A DNA stretch of 63,625 nt, counting the filler, from Octopus bimaculoides (Eukaryota), in assembly GCF_001194135.2 (NCBI RefSeq). It is 4 parts of 4 records of this genome, joined end to end, with 100 filler letters (N's around TTAATTAATTAA, not from the genome) between each part and the next. Parts side by side here need not be neighbours in the genome. Positions count along the whole stretch, not along the records: positions 1 to 24,123 come from NC_068990.1; positions 24,224 to 49,753 come from NC_069002.1; 2 more parts are not named here. One strand, given 5' to 3'. The notes under the pieces were generated by a model. The model was not told the DNA's origin and did not search any database. It worked only from the letters and a program-made list of their open reading frames with translations. This document shows, piece by piece, positions 13,565-25,171 of the stretch. The translations under genes and the position numbers were made by a program. How positions within the stretch are numbered: the stretch's first letter is position 1; each line of letters opens with the position of its first letter.

Positions 13565-14537
13565 TATATACACAGAGTTAAGGATCACGGTGTCCTTAAC
13601 CAAATTTATCCGAAACTTCAAGCCATTTGCGCCTTTGAGATATGATGTTGGTTTTTCACTACTTCTCCTCCTACATAGTCCCTTTTCAGTTTTCATTTGT
13701 AAAAACTAATTGGATTCGCTTCGTGAGTATTATTCACATTTGCCATGGTAAATCTATTTTAATGCATAAGCGAAGATATTCAGTAACCTTTTGTGCTGCT
13801 AGGCATATTTTGCTGCTGGAATATGCTTCTAGATGTCATGCATGCTATATATAGCCATTGAAATCTAGAGTGTTATTCTAATCCATCATTTGAGATTAGT
13901 AAGAGATAAGAAAAAGAAAAATCGACTCCAGTACTTGACTGGTATTTTATTTATTTATTTGGAAATGATAAGTAGAATTCGAACTCAGTGCACAGAAAGC
14001 CGAAATGAATACCCCCGATAACTCTGACAATCCACTTTAGATTCTGCGTTCAAACTACACCAGCCTCCTTTAGAAGTCCTATTGAATGTGTACCTCTAAT
14101 AATAGTGAGGTAAATAAACTTAGAGTTGCCCACCCCGATTTTTTCAACCTTGCGCAATTTTAAAGAAATTTTTATTTTTATTTTTATTTTATTTTTTTCG
14201 CTGTCTCTGTTTATCTTCCTCCCCTTTAAGTGTTCAGTGTTGCCTCATCAGTTCCACTCTATCTTTATCCTTTCCTTTGACAAACAATCTCACTCATTCC
14301 ATCTCTTTTTACGTTGGTCTTTCTCTTACTCACATTCTCTTTTTCTCCCCACCACTCTCTCTCTCTCCTCGCTATTCTTCCGTGGCTGGTGCATCATTTT
14401 TTATGTTCACCTCTCTTATCTTTTTCTTTTTCCTCCATACATATGCAAACATACACGTAGTCATATAGTTCCGCTACGCCCGCGCACACACTTCCACGTA
14501 TAAATATACATACACGCAGACAAAGAGGAAGAGACAC

Positions 14538-14592
<55 letters not shown>

Positions 14593-15160
14593 CAGGAAAA
14601 TAAACATTTGAAATACAAGAACCAGTTCAGACTGGTCCTTGGTGTTAAATCTATTCGAAGTGGATTTCATTAAAAGAATGTTAGAATGGAGAATTATGAG
14701 TGAGTCAATTACAAAGACACATGCTGTCAGCAACGTGATATAACAGTGAAGTACCCAGTTTTCTTGATTATATTTAAATGTCACTCTCGTTAAATTCCTC
14801 ACATCCTAAACACAGCAAACTGCTTGTCAATAACAAGCAATTCTTATTTTATTTATTTCGCAGTTGTTACGTTGCAGTCGTTCCAGGCTGTTGTTACACA
14901 TCACTTATAATATTTTCTTCAACTCTCAGGCATGAATGTATTTTAGAAATACACTTAAAAACAGAACAATTCTGTTTTTAGCCTACTGGAATTAATAGCG
15001 GATAATTAAGAAATAATGGGAGAATTAATCAATAGTATTATTCAGGTAGTCACGACATGCGTTCGAGTGTTGTGATATTAACTACATTAATTATTAAACG
15101 AGATCAAAGATAAACTGAAGTCATTAAAATAGTGAAATGAATTCGAGTGTTACACTTTAA

Positions 15161-15378
15161 CTCTTTGAACCCGTGATTATGCTTTAGCAAGTGCGATTTC
15201 GTTTGACTATACCTCTAGAAAATGCAAAAGCCAAATTGTTTTACGGCTGAAACTAATGATGTTTCTGCTAATTAACGAGCCGTAAACACAAAACCACGAA
15301 CCTGCTCGCTTTACGTCTGCCAATGATAGAGTCAAATGAAAGTCGTACCCGCTAAAACGTACCCGCGTGTTCAAAAGG
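15161..15378. mobile_element. Possible piggyBac-type MITE relic
   Basis: TTAA then CTCTTTGAACCCGTG on the left; the right end reverse-complements to CCTTTTGAACACGCG (11/15); right TTAA is degenerate (TAGA). Confidence 0.35.
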
Positions 15379-15740
15379 TAGAGTAAGTTTGAATATAGAA
15401 TGATAGTGAAGATATAATCGATATCTTTAAAGTAAAGCATCAAGTTTGAGCGTTACGCTTTAGCAATCTTAACTGCTGGGAAAATCGAAAATATAATGGA
15501 AATGTTTAACGTAATGAACTCATATTATGACTGTCAGTAAATTTATGCAACAATATATAAACAAGAGCATTTGTTCTACGTAAATATAAACCAGTTCTGT
15601 TAGAGTATATTATTGCCTATTATTGTTTGTTCTTATTTCATAGGATTAAGTGTTGAGCTATTTATCTTCTACAAGTTCTCAGAAACTGTTGAGGGAAGGA
15701 AATGAGTGAAAATCCATAAATCATGTATTTCTACAGCTTG

Positions 15741-16050
15741 AAGCAGCATATCAAGATATGTGCTTTCCGAAAATTAGGAAACTTGGGCTGAATGCTTGCC
15801 ATAGAGTGGACTCTATTGATGACACGAAAGGGCCAGGTGAAGCTTATGAGATTGGTCTGGAACAAAGTAAAAAAGAATCTGTGAATCAATACAGCAGGAA
15901 GCAGCATGTCGAGAACTGTACTTTCTTAAAATCAGAAAATATGGGCCGAATGCTTGCTTCTGGGAGGACTCTGCAACAGGTACCAAGGTGTCAGATGATG
16001 TTGTTTCAAAAGAGTGAGTGATTAAGTCTAGCAAACATGAATGGCATAAC
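15741..16050 (+). repeat. Diverged direct tandem duplication, 158-bp period, possibly decayed coding sequence
   Basis: gaagcagcatatcaagatatgtgctttccgaaaattaggaaacttgggctgaatgcttgc vs gaagcagcatgtcgagaactgtactttcttaaaatcagaaaatatgggccgaatgcttgc. Confidence 0.7.
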
Positions 16051-16639
16051 GAATGCACAAGTTAAGTCTTCGGAGATGCATTAATAATCATAAGTTCATG
16101 AATTGAAACAAAACAAGAGATTTATCAGCAGAATATTCAGAAATGCCAGAGTGTGGTTCCATCTTTCTGTACTCTGATATCAAACTGTGCCGAGATCAAT
16201 TTTACTCTTCATATTTTCAGGTTAATAATTGAAGTATCATTCCAGGGTGGTAGACTGTTGGGATTGTTAGAGCCTCGCTGTCTCAGTATTTTGTGTTCTG
16301 AGTTCAAATCCTGCTATCCTATGACCAAAAAGGAATCTGTTAAAATAATGAGAGATTTTTTTTTTTTTTCATTAGAAATTTCCAAACAAAGCGAGAAACC
16401 ACTTAGTGTAAGGAACTATGAATAAGGAGAAATTAAGACGAAAGGAATGAATTTATTTTAAACATGAAAGAATTCATATCATAAGAAATAGGGAAGCAAT
16501 GAGATGAGAGTTATGAAGTTTGACAGTTCGAGGAAAAAAAGCTACGATTTATGTAATTCCAATGCAAGTGTACAAGAATTTTCATTTTATCGCCTTCAAT
16601 AGCAACACCTGCCACTTCCTGTACAACCTCTCTCTTTCA

Positions 16640-16713
<74 letters not shown>

Positions 16714-16924
16714 CTTACTACCAATATATTTGCTTTATTCTTCAGAGGTGAAAAGCAAAATCAACTTCGGTTAGAATTAAACTCAGAAATTAAAGAGTTG
16801 TGACTCTATAATGCTATGTGTTTTGCCGAGCGATTTTAATTCTAAGCACAAAAAGTAAAGGACCCGAATAGATACCGCAGGGTATTTATTCCAGTGCTTT
16901 AATAAATAATGGCTTCTTATGAAG

Positions 16925-17100
16925 GCCTGAGTTTTAAGGGATTAGGTTAATCAATACCATCGAACCAAGAATTTAACTGGGTCTTTTATTTATCGATCCC
17001 GAAAGGATGAAAGCAAAGCTGGCTTTGAGCTCAGGATGTAAAGAGCTACAACGATCACGAAGCCTTTTGTCTGATGTGCTTATGATTCTGCTAGCTCACC
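16925..17100 (-). mobile_element. SINE family A (degraded); further degraded copies at ~13925-14040 (-), 16250-16320 (+), 16740-16850 (-), 20565-20665 (+) and 53680-53790 (-)
   Basis: tttatcgatcccgaaaggatgaaagcaaag core and related fragments. Confidence 0.65.
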
Positions 17101-18542
17101 TATTTTAATGTCATCACTATTAATTTTGTAGAAGCTATGGAACAATTTCAGTAAAGCATTGCTCGTTTTTAAAACTACGATATTCATGCCAACCTGTAGA
17201 GTGGGGACCTATTCACGTGTTTCACAAAACATTTGCTCTTACTCGTATTTGCAGCAGTCAAGGAACTTTATGCATGTCACGAGTTGTCGAAGAGCGATTT
17301 TGTATTTGAAAAGGATCTATAATGTTGATTTAACTTTCGCTCTTATTGTTATGATTTTGTACCTCCTGGTCAACTGCAACTGTGCAAAACTATTTTTAAA
17401 CACATTCTATTCACGACTACTTTGTTTCTTTTGTAGATATCTAGGATTGTGTTATCAGATTATTCCTTTCTCGTTTAAGAAAATAGGATTGGATTTCTGA
17501 CGTATTTGGGCTACTTCTAACAAATCGAGACTCCTTTTGCAATAAAACATTGTATTTTAGGACTTTTCAGAGTTTTTTTTAATTATATTCCATGTATTTA
17601 TTTTAAGTATTGTTTTGAAGAAAATTCATTTTCTTTATATTTTGTTTATTTAGCGCACTCTGATTACCTTACATATATATTTTGTAAAATGTGAACAAAC
17701 TCCTCTGTCGGCACGTTCTTTGTGGCTTGTTATTTTTGTACTATCTTGGAAGGAAAATCGCCGTGGGATCTCGACCAAAATTAATTACAAAATAATGGTG
17801 TTTCCTTCAGTTTTCTGTATTATATTTCGTCACGATTCGAGATATGTTTATGTGATATGCACTGGTGCTTATGTGATCTGCTGTAGTAACATTAGAGAAA
17901 ACTTGACATCCTGGTACAAAATTAAAATAGATAACAGAAGGAAAAATATAATACTGTTTACGCTCTAAGTTCTCACAGTTCACTAAGTTAACGGCAGTAA
18001 CTGCTCGCCAGACATCATGTTCTGCTCTAAACACTGCGTTCCCATAAACACATGGTAAAAGAGCTTCTCCACTTTCTTTCAGATATTAGCCTATCATCAT
18101 TGTAACTTATGCACATGTATAACTAAATAAACAAAAGTACATTGAAAAATGACAAAGTTCGACAGGACCACTGCAAACGAGAGACAGAATTATAGCTCGC
18201 AAATATTAATAAATCCTGCAATCAGCATCGTAAATAACACACAGTTCATACATTCATCTGTACATTCATACACAGTTCATATAAATAATTATATAAACAT
18301 AAGAGAACCTGTTCTACATGGTAAAGCTAAAATCATTCGACCCTAAATACATAATTGAAATAGCCAACCTGTTACAAAACAGAGACAACCTCAAATGAAA
18401 ACATCAAAACACCATATAAGTCAATAAGGTAGTTGCTTAGCTGTTGCTCAACTTGCTATAATTAGCAGTCAAATCTTCCTTAAATTACAGTTCTTACAAA
18501 AATTATACCATACGTTCCTTAATGCACTTACAGATAAAATAT

Positions 18543-18718
18543 TGTTGTGTCGATGCCCCCAAGCGAAGAAGTAGGATCCCCCAAGACATATAAATAGAGG
18601 TAGTCTAGCCGTGGTAGTGGGGCTGAATAACTGTTGAGTAGCTGACGAGTAGCCGTCGTGTAGCGGTTGAGTAGAGATCATCTGAAGGTGCTAGATAGCA
18701 GTAGTTTGAGATATAACA
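18543..18718 (+). mobile_element. Solo LTR (176 bp), Gypsy- or BEL/Pao-like
   Basis: TGTT...AACA inverted termini, exact 5-bp TSD AATAT (18538-18542 and 18719-18723), internal TATAAATA box and CCCCCAAG direct repeats. Orientation inferred from the TATA box. Confidence 0.75.
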
Positions 18719-19559
18719 AATATACATAAAAAGTACGGGATGGTCATGGTTGGAACTTCTTTCATCATAAGTCCGCTGTATCAGGACAGGTAACGGCTAA
18801 ATGACCAATTCCCACGATCCAGAGAAAACTCGTCACGGAGCAAACGGACAACAGGAGAAATCTTCAGACGCAAAACTTCCAGCAAACAAGTTTTTCGGAC
18901 CGTTAGTTCTTGACATGCTGAAAGGGCAAGTCCACCTTGGTAGTGGTTTCTAGGTGTCCTCCTACTGATGTCTAAATGTCACTTTCAGCGAGGCTTGAAC
19001 TCGGAACCTTTGGATTAGCGTAATTGCGCAGCCACACGAACCACCGCATGATCTTGCACTGTTTCAAACTGGGCTTCCTTCCTTCTATCTTTAGTGGCTT
19101 ACTGTATTCATTTTTAGTTCCATCTATCCAAGATTATCCCTCTATTGAGTTGGTAGATCTGCTAGAAATAGCAACCAGATCTCCTACAAATCATAGTACA
19201 CTATAATCTTAGAAAGAAAGAAAAGTGATATATGTTGGATAAAATATTTTTATACACATTAAGTCTTGAAAAAGACGGATAATCACGATTTGAACACTTA
19301 ATAAGAAATGATAAAAGTAAAACAACAGCTAGGCTTGAGCTATAGTTGAGGCATGGCTTTATTTTCTTCTGACCGTTAATTACGAAGAAAAAAACCAGCA
19401 AAGTCCCAAAACTAGAAAATCTAAACGACTGACACAATGGTTAAATACCTAAACACCAGAAACTGAAAGAATGGTTTCATTTACTAATATTTCCGGCAAC
19501 TCGGAGGAAGTCCTCAGGATTCGGAACTTTGAACAGTATCATAATAATTCCAAAGCTTA

Positions 19560-19900
19560 TGAAAAACCTTATGAAGAAGTATCATATACATAGATTATTA
19601 CAGAAAAAAAGTATTGCTTCTGCACCATTCATTTATGCCACCCATAGAAAAGACAGTAATATTTCGAAGTAAAAGAAATCATGGGTGCCATATTTGGCCA
19701 AAACAAATTGCCAAAAAGATCAGCGTACAAATATTGTATTAGATCTATAATGGTTTATGCTCTACCTATGTTGTTGCCCAATCATTTAACAAGTAAAATC
19801 TTCAACATGGGACAAGGACGAATCATCGAGTGAACGCTTATACACTGTTACCCAACCTACAGTAATTAGCTAAATCGCTTTCAAAACTAATACCACGAAT
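19560..19900 (+). pseudogene. Decayed LINE reverse-transcriptase C-terminal region (Jockey/I-like)
   Basis: Frameshifted peptides SFMPPIEKTV and MGAIFGQNKLPKRSAYKYCIRSIMVYALP resemble the post-RT motif F..HI...Y...IR.IM.YA.P. Confidence 0.45.
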
Positions 19901-20331
19901 TTTCATGTTTTTATACCTTTTTCTTTCTATGATTCAAACCAATTCTACCATCCAGATTTCTAACACAGTTACAATGTCATAAATCTATGGTAGTCCATCG
20001 GTATGCATTTTATCGAACGTGGAAACATAAAAGGCAAAAATTGATTTTCACATAAAAGAGCACGCACACATACACAGAGAAACGAACGAATTATGGTGGC
20101 AGGAATATAGAGATGTTCAGAATATGTACACTCAGATCAGATATATTCCGCTTCAAATGATAAAATGGTACACTGATAATAAATAAAAATCTGAGCACTT
20201 GAAATCATGGTCATAAAAGGCAGGAAATAGACCCTTCAGATGTTGAAAACTCGAAACACGTTTTTAAAATAAAGAACCCTTTTCATCCGACCTACAAATA
20301 TAGAAACATACATCTATATACATACATACAT

Positions 20332-20397
<66 letters not shown>

Positions 20398-20829
20398 ATA
20401 CATATATATATACATACATATATATATATATATGCGTATATATAGTTACATATATATATGTGAGTGTATGTGTGTATGTGTGTTCGTGCGTGTGTGTGTT
20501 CGTGCGTAAGGCGACATGATAGAATCGTCTGTCACAATGTCTAGCGGTATTACTCTAGGCTGTTTACGTTTTTCTTAGCTCAAATCCTGCCGCGGTCAAC
20601 TTTGCCTTTCATCCGTTCGGACTCGATAAAATTAAGTGCCAATCAAATACACGACTTGAATTTCCGCTCAAAATTACTGGCCTTAAATATTCCATCGGAT
20701 CGGTGTCGCGTTCAGGAAGAATGTTGATGCCTCGGTCATTTACAGGACTTGGAATGTGGTAACCGACCTAATGTCTCGTATTACTCGAGAAAAATATATG
20801 CATACATATATACATACATACATAGACAC

Positions 20830-21125
20830 ACATTATTTACATTTGACGGATATTTGTCCTCATCTTGTTTGTTGTTACAACGTTTCGGCTGATATGCCCT
20901 CTAGCCTTCTTCAGGTGTCTTGGGGAAATTTCGAACCTGGGTTCTCATTCCTAAGGTATTTTTCGGTGTTATTATTATTATTATTGGAATCGATCTCGGA
21001 ATCTTGGGGTTAGTAGCCCGCGCTCTTAACTAATACGCTATATGCTCTTGGGCATATGGCGTTGTGGTTAAGAGCGCGGACTACTAACCCCAAGATTCCA
21101 TGTTCGATTCCAAGCAGTGGCCTGA
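20830..21125 (-). mobile_element. Composite element: back-to-back tRNA-like heads, (AAT)n, and a minimal hammerhead-like motif
   Basis: 60-bp inverted arms 20986-21045 and 21052-21111 (52/60 identical), each with A/B-box-like motifs; hammerhead core on the minus strand at 20877-20918. Confidence 0.75.
20877..20918 (-). ncRNA. Minimal type I hammerhead-ribozyme-like motif (Penelope-associated type)
   Basis: ACAC-CUGAAGA-A-GGCU[loop]AGCC-GAAA-CG-UU-GU; canonical core, palindromic AACGUU stem III, only 2 bp of stem I in this copy. Confidence 0.65.
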
Positions 21126-21137
21126 ACACTAATAATG

Positions 21138-21171
<34 letters not shown>

Positions 21172-22158
21172 NNNNNNNNNNNNNNNNNNNNNNNNNNNNN
21201 NNNNNNNNNNNNNNNNNNNNNNNNNNNNNNNNNNNNNNNNNNNNNNNNNNNNNNNNNNNNNNNNNNNNNNNNNNNNNNNNNNNNNNNNNNNNNNNNNNNN
21301 NNNNNNNNNNNNNNNNNNNNNNNNNNNNNNNNNNNNNNNNNNNNNNNNNNNNNNNNNNNNNNNNNNNNNNNNNNNNNNNNNNNNNNNNNNNNNNNNNNNN
21401 NNNNNNNNNNNNNNNNNNNNNNNNNNTATATATATGTAAGTGTTTAATTTACAAAGAAAGATCCAGAGGAACAGCTACAAGGTAGCCAAATGTCACATAA
21501 ACGCCTAAGAAATTAGTAATCACACTTGCATTGGTGATTATTCCGACGAAAAGTGAAACGTGTTTTGGAGAACATGAGAATAATGGAAAACGGAGACAAA
21601 CTCACAAGATGTTATTTAAATCATTTATATCACTATATCACCGACATTTGTTTTGATTGATGCATTAAAATAAATCCGAGGGGAAGAATAATGCGGAAAA
21701 ACTGCATCAATCTCATCAGAGAAGAGATTATAAAGAACAGTGATAATCAATAAGCCATTTTTACATATGTAAGAAGAAACTATAATATATATCATATTGG
21801 AAAACAAAGGTGAATAGGGAATGCTAATAATTTTAAAATACCGTTAAGAAATTTGACGTCATATGACGAGAGAAGAAGAGAAGGAAGAGAGAGAGAGAGA
21901 ATTAAAGGAGCAATGGAGGTATAAACAAATAGAAAGTGAATGACAGATAGATAGAAAATATGAAGGAAAGAATAGAAAGTATGGGATGAAAAGAATAAAG
22001 TTTAAGTTGCAGATATTACTAGGTAAGGGGACAGATATTATTTGAAATAGCTAAAAGTGTATTTTTTTCCAATATAAACACTTGTAAACACGTCCTTTAC
22101 AGGTGTTCACTAGTGTGTGTTTGGAAAAAAAGAGCAAAAAGATTTCCCTTTATCTTAG

Positions 22159-22195
22159 GGAAACGCACAAAAAGAGGAAACAGATTTTCAACTAG
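22159..22195 (+). other. Candidate 37-nt micro-exon of an unidentified gene
   Basis: Acceptor ttccctttatcttAG and donor CTAG|GTGAGT; two open frames (GNAQKEETDFQL, KRTKRGNRFST). No homology evidence. Confidence 0.25.
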
Positions 22196-22650
22196 GTGAG
22201 TCAATACTGTTTGCTTGCTAACACCAAACAATAACACTAATTCATAGGCAATTCGAGATGGGTCTGACTCGACGGTAGCTTATTTGTGAGGTCAAATTTA
22301 CCAGAACGAAATTTTGCATACCAATTTGATATTGTCTGCTGTGTAATAATATTAGAATGAAATACTCCATTAATATTCTGAGATGTCTCTTATGCTATAT
22401 TTCCAAGAAAGAACTGATATTTCAAAACTGTACGATTTTCCGACTTATCCATCTCTAAACAAAAATAGCACAACGCGATTTACAAATACCTTATAAAGCT
22501 GAAAATGAGTTAGAATAAAGAAATAGATTTGTCAGCTTTTTAACAAAAAAATAAAGATTGTCAAAATATAATAATGGCGCAAAATGAGCAGCTGTCGAAG
22601 TTTACCATATACCTTACTACAAATTTCATACTTGACGACCTAATAAGTGT

Positions 22651-22695
<45 letters not shown>

Positions 22696-22772
22696 CGTGT
22701 GTGTGTGTGTGTGTTTACATTCAGAGAAAGAGAGAGAGAAACAGAAATACAAACAAACAGAAAGAGAAACAA

Positions 22773-22819
<47 letters not shown>

Positions 22820-23812
22820 TACATACATGCATCATTATATACATAAATACATGCATCTCTGAGTGTGTATGCATTCGTGATGTATTAAGTATGTACGTAA
22901 TTTTAATTGACTGTTTCTTTGATGAGATTCAGTTTCATAGTAGAAAGTTCCAGGAAATATTTCCCAAAGATTTCTTTCCAGAGATTAAGTGAACTTTCAT
23001 CTTAATGTAAGACTCGATTCCCTTCGAAAATAATCAATACTGAATCGCACATGGAAGCAACAAAACAAAAAAAAGAAAGGAATTAAAGTAGTTTAGCACT
23101 CCAGAGTCATTAGTGACTGTAATTAATATTTTCTACACTAATGAGATTCATAAAATCTGTTGAATCTGCAGTTATCGCTGCTTTCATCTCCGTTAAACAT
23201 AAAAGCAAACCTGATTTGGCTCTGAAAATTTCGAGGAAAGAAAAAACAAAATCAAAAGCATTTTAATGGTTCTATTTGTGTTAGGAAACGGACTCTGAAA
23301 TCAACTACTTCTAGTCTATTGTTTTTAACAATATGTTACAATTAACACTACTTCGTAAACATTTCGATGGATGAACTAAAAGACCGTAAAATGAAATATA
23401 AAATTGTATTGATTTTGATCTTGCCCGCTTCAGGCTATCGCTAAGAAACAAAGGGGAGATAACAACATCTAAAAACGACTTCATATTTGATTTCAAAAAT
23501 TAAATGTTAACGCAGTTTTCAAGATATGACTTATCGCTTAAATTCTTCAAAAAGAACTAAAGAATTCCATTATTTCTCATCATTTTCGATGATTGTATTC
23601 TGTTCATGGTTCCTTATCGTGGTTATAATCTGCAGTGAGCATACATACACCATTTTATCCAGAAAACGAAATACTTAACTTGTACAAACCATTTCATTGT
23701 TAAATAGGGAAAATAAACGAGGGATTACAACGAAATGTACTGAATGCTGCAGTCATCTTCACCATCATCATCAGACGTTGTCGTCGTCATCACCATCACG
23801 ACCAATATCATA

Positions 23813-23854
<42 letters not shown>

Positions 23855-24123
23855 GTCCTCATCATCATCATCATCACCATCGTCATCATTGTCATCACGA
23901 GCAACAGTGGTAGCACATCATAACCGAATTATGATCAAATGGGTGGTAGAGTAACAAGATTTGTAGAGCATCAAACTTACTCACGCACAGTTTGTAGCGG
24001 TGGTGGTCATCATCATCATCATCATCATCATCAACTTCGTCACCGTTGGTGTTATCAAAGCAATACGAGCCATTTCTGAAAGAAGTAAAAGGCTCAGAAT
24101 ATATATATATATATATATATATA

Positions 24124-24223
24124 NNNNNNNNNNNNNNNNNNNNNNNNNNNNNNNNNNNNNNNNNNNNTTAATTAATTAANNNNNNNNNNNNNNNNNNNNN
24201 NNNNNNNNNNNNNNNNNNNNNNN
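24124..24223. other. Artificial 100-bp scaffold join (44N-TTAATTAATTAA-44N)
   Basis: Identical geometry at three sites; the 12-mer has stops in all six frames. Confidence 0.95.
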
Positions 24224-24295
24224 AATAAAAGAATAAAAGAATAAAAGAATAAAAGAATATATATATATATATATATATATATGGGAGAATATACA

Positions 24296-24445
24296 AATAA
24301 TAACAACAGACGAGGACAGGTGGTGTAAATAACAAAAGTATATATTAGTATGACGCTCGGGAATACGGAAAGTCTTTGACGTTTCGAGCTACGCTCTTCA
24401 ACAGAAAGAATACGGAGACAAGGAGAAAAACACGGAGAAAAAAAA
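24296..24445 (-). mobile_element. Penelope-like pseudo-LTR fragment carrying a hammerhead-like motif (core 24373-24409)
   Basis: UCUUU-CUGUUGA-A-GAGC-GUA-GCUC-GAAA-CG-UC-AAAGA; homologous to 58045-58172. Confidence 0.65.
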
Positions 24446-24468
24446 TTGAATAGTGTTCAGTCAACGGT

Positions 24469-24517
<49 letters not shown>

Positions 24518-25139
24518 GGAGAGAGATAGATAGATCAAAGTTCCATAAATACTATCTGTAATTCTGTATAGACTCCGATGGTAAAATGTGTTGCTCAAGA
24601 AGGACTTCATTTTGAACAATTTTCATGATGATTCATATTCAGATGCTTTTAGTAAATTCATTCAATGGTTAAGCATAAGTAAATCTTAGAATTAAATGGT
24701 TTTCATTTACTGTCAGGTGACTTTTGGCCAACCCTGTGTGTGTGTGTGTGTGTGTGTGTGTTTGTGGGTTCATGTTTTCGTGTGTAAGTCATCCTGTAAC
24801 AGGTTATTTTTCTAAATTGTTCCTAACACGACTCTCTATCCGAACCACCAAATCCACAAGCCCCCAACTCCCACCCGCAACCCCGCCAGCAATCTCTCTC
24901 TTCCATACACCCATACAGTCATACACCCATACAGTCATACACCCAGCGTACATAATAACACTTAGTCAAAAAAAAAAAAAGAAAACCTAAAGAAAAAAGA
25001 AAAAAGGAAAGGAAAGGGGTCACCAGTCCTCTTTTCCTTACCACTCAAAGACCCAATCCACTATATGACCTCCTCCTCCAATTGCTCATCACCTCCTACT
25101 CTCCTCTTCGTCTTCTTTTCAGTCATCACCTCGCCTCCT

Positions 25140-25171
<32 letters not shown>

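Noticed and set aside
21052-21125. tRNA gene with an ACT anticodon
   Set aside because: The acceptor stem does not pair properly, and the sequence is one arm of a palindromic repeat; it is a tRNA-derived head.
24168-24179. TTAATTAATTAA repeated three times (possible binding site or CRISPR-like repeat)
   Set aside because: Always centred in exactly 44N+44N, so it is an assembly spacer.
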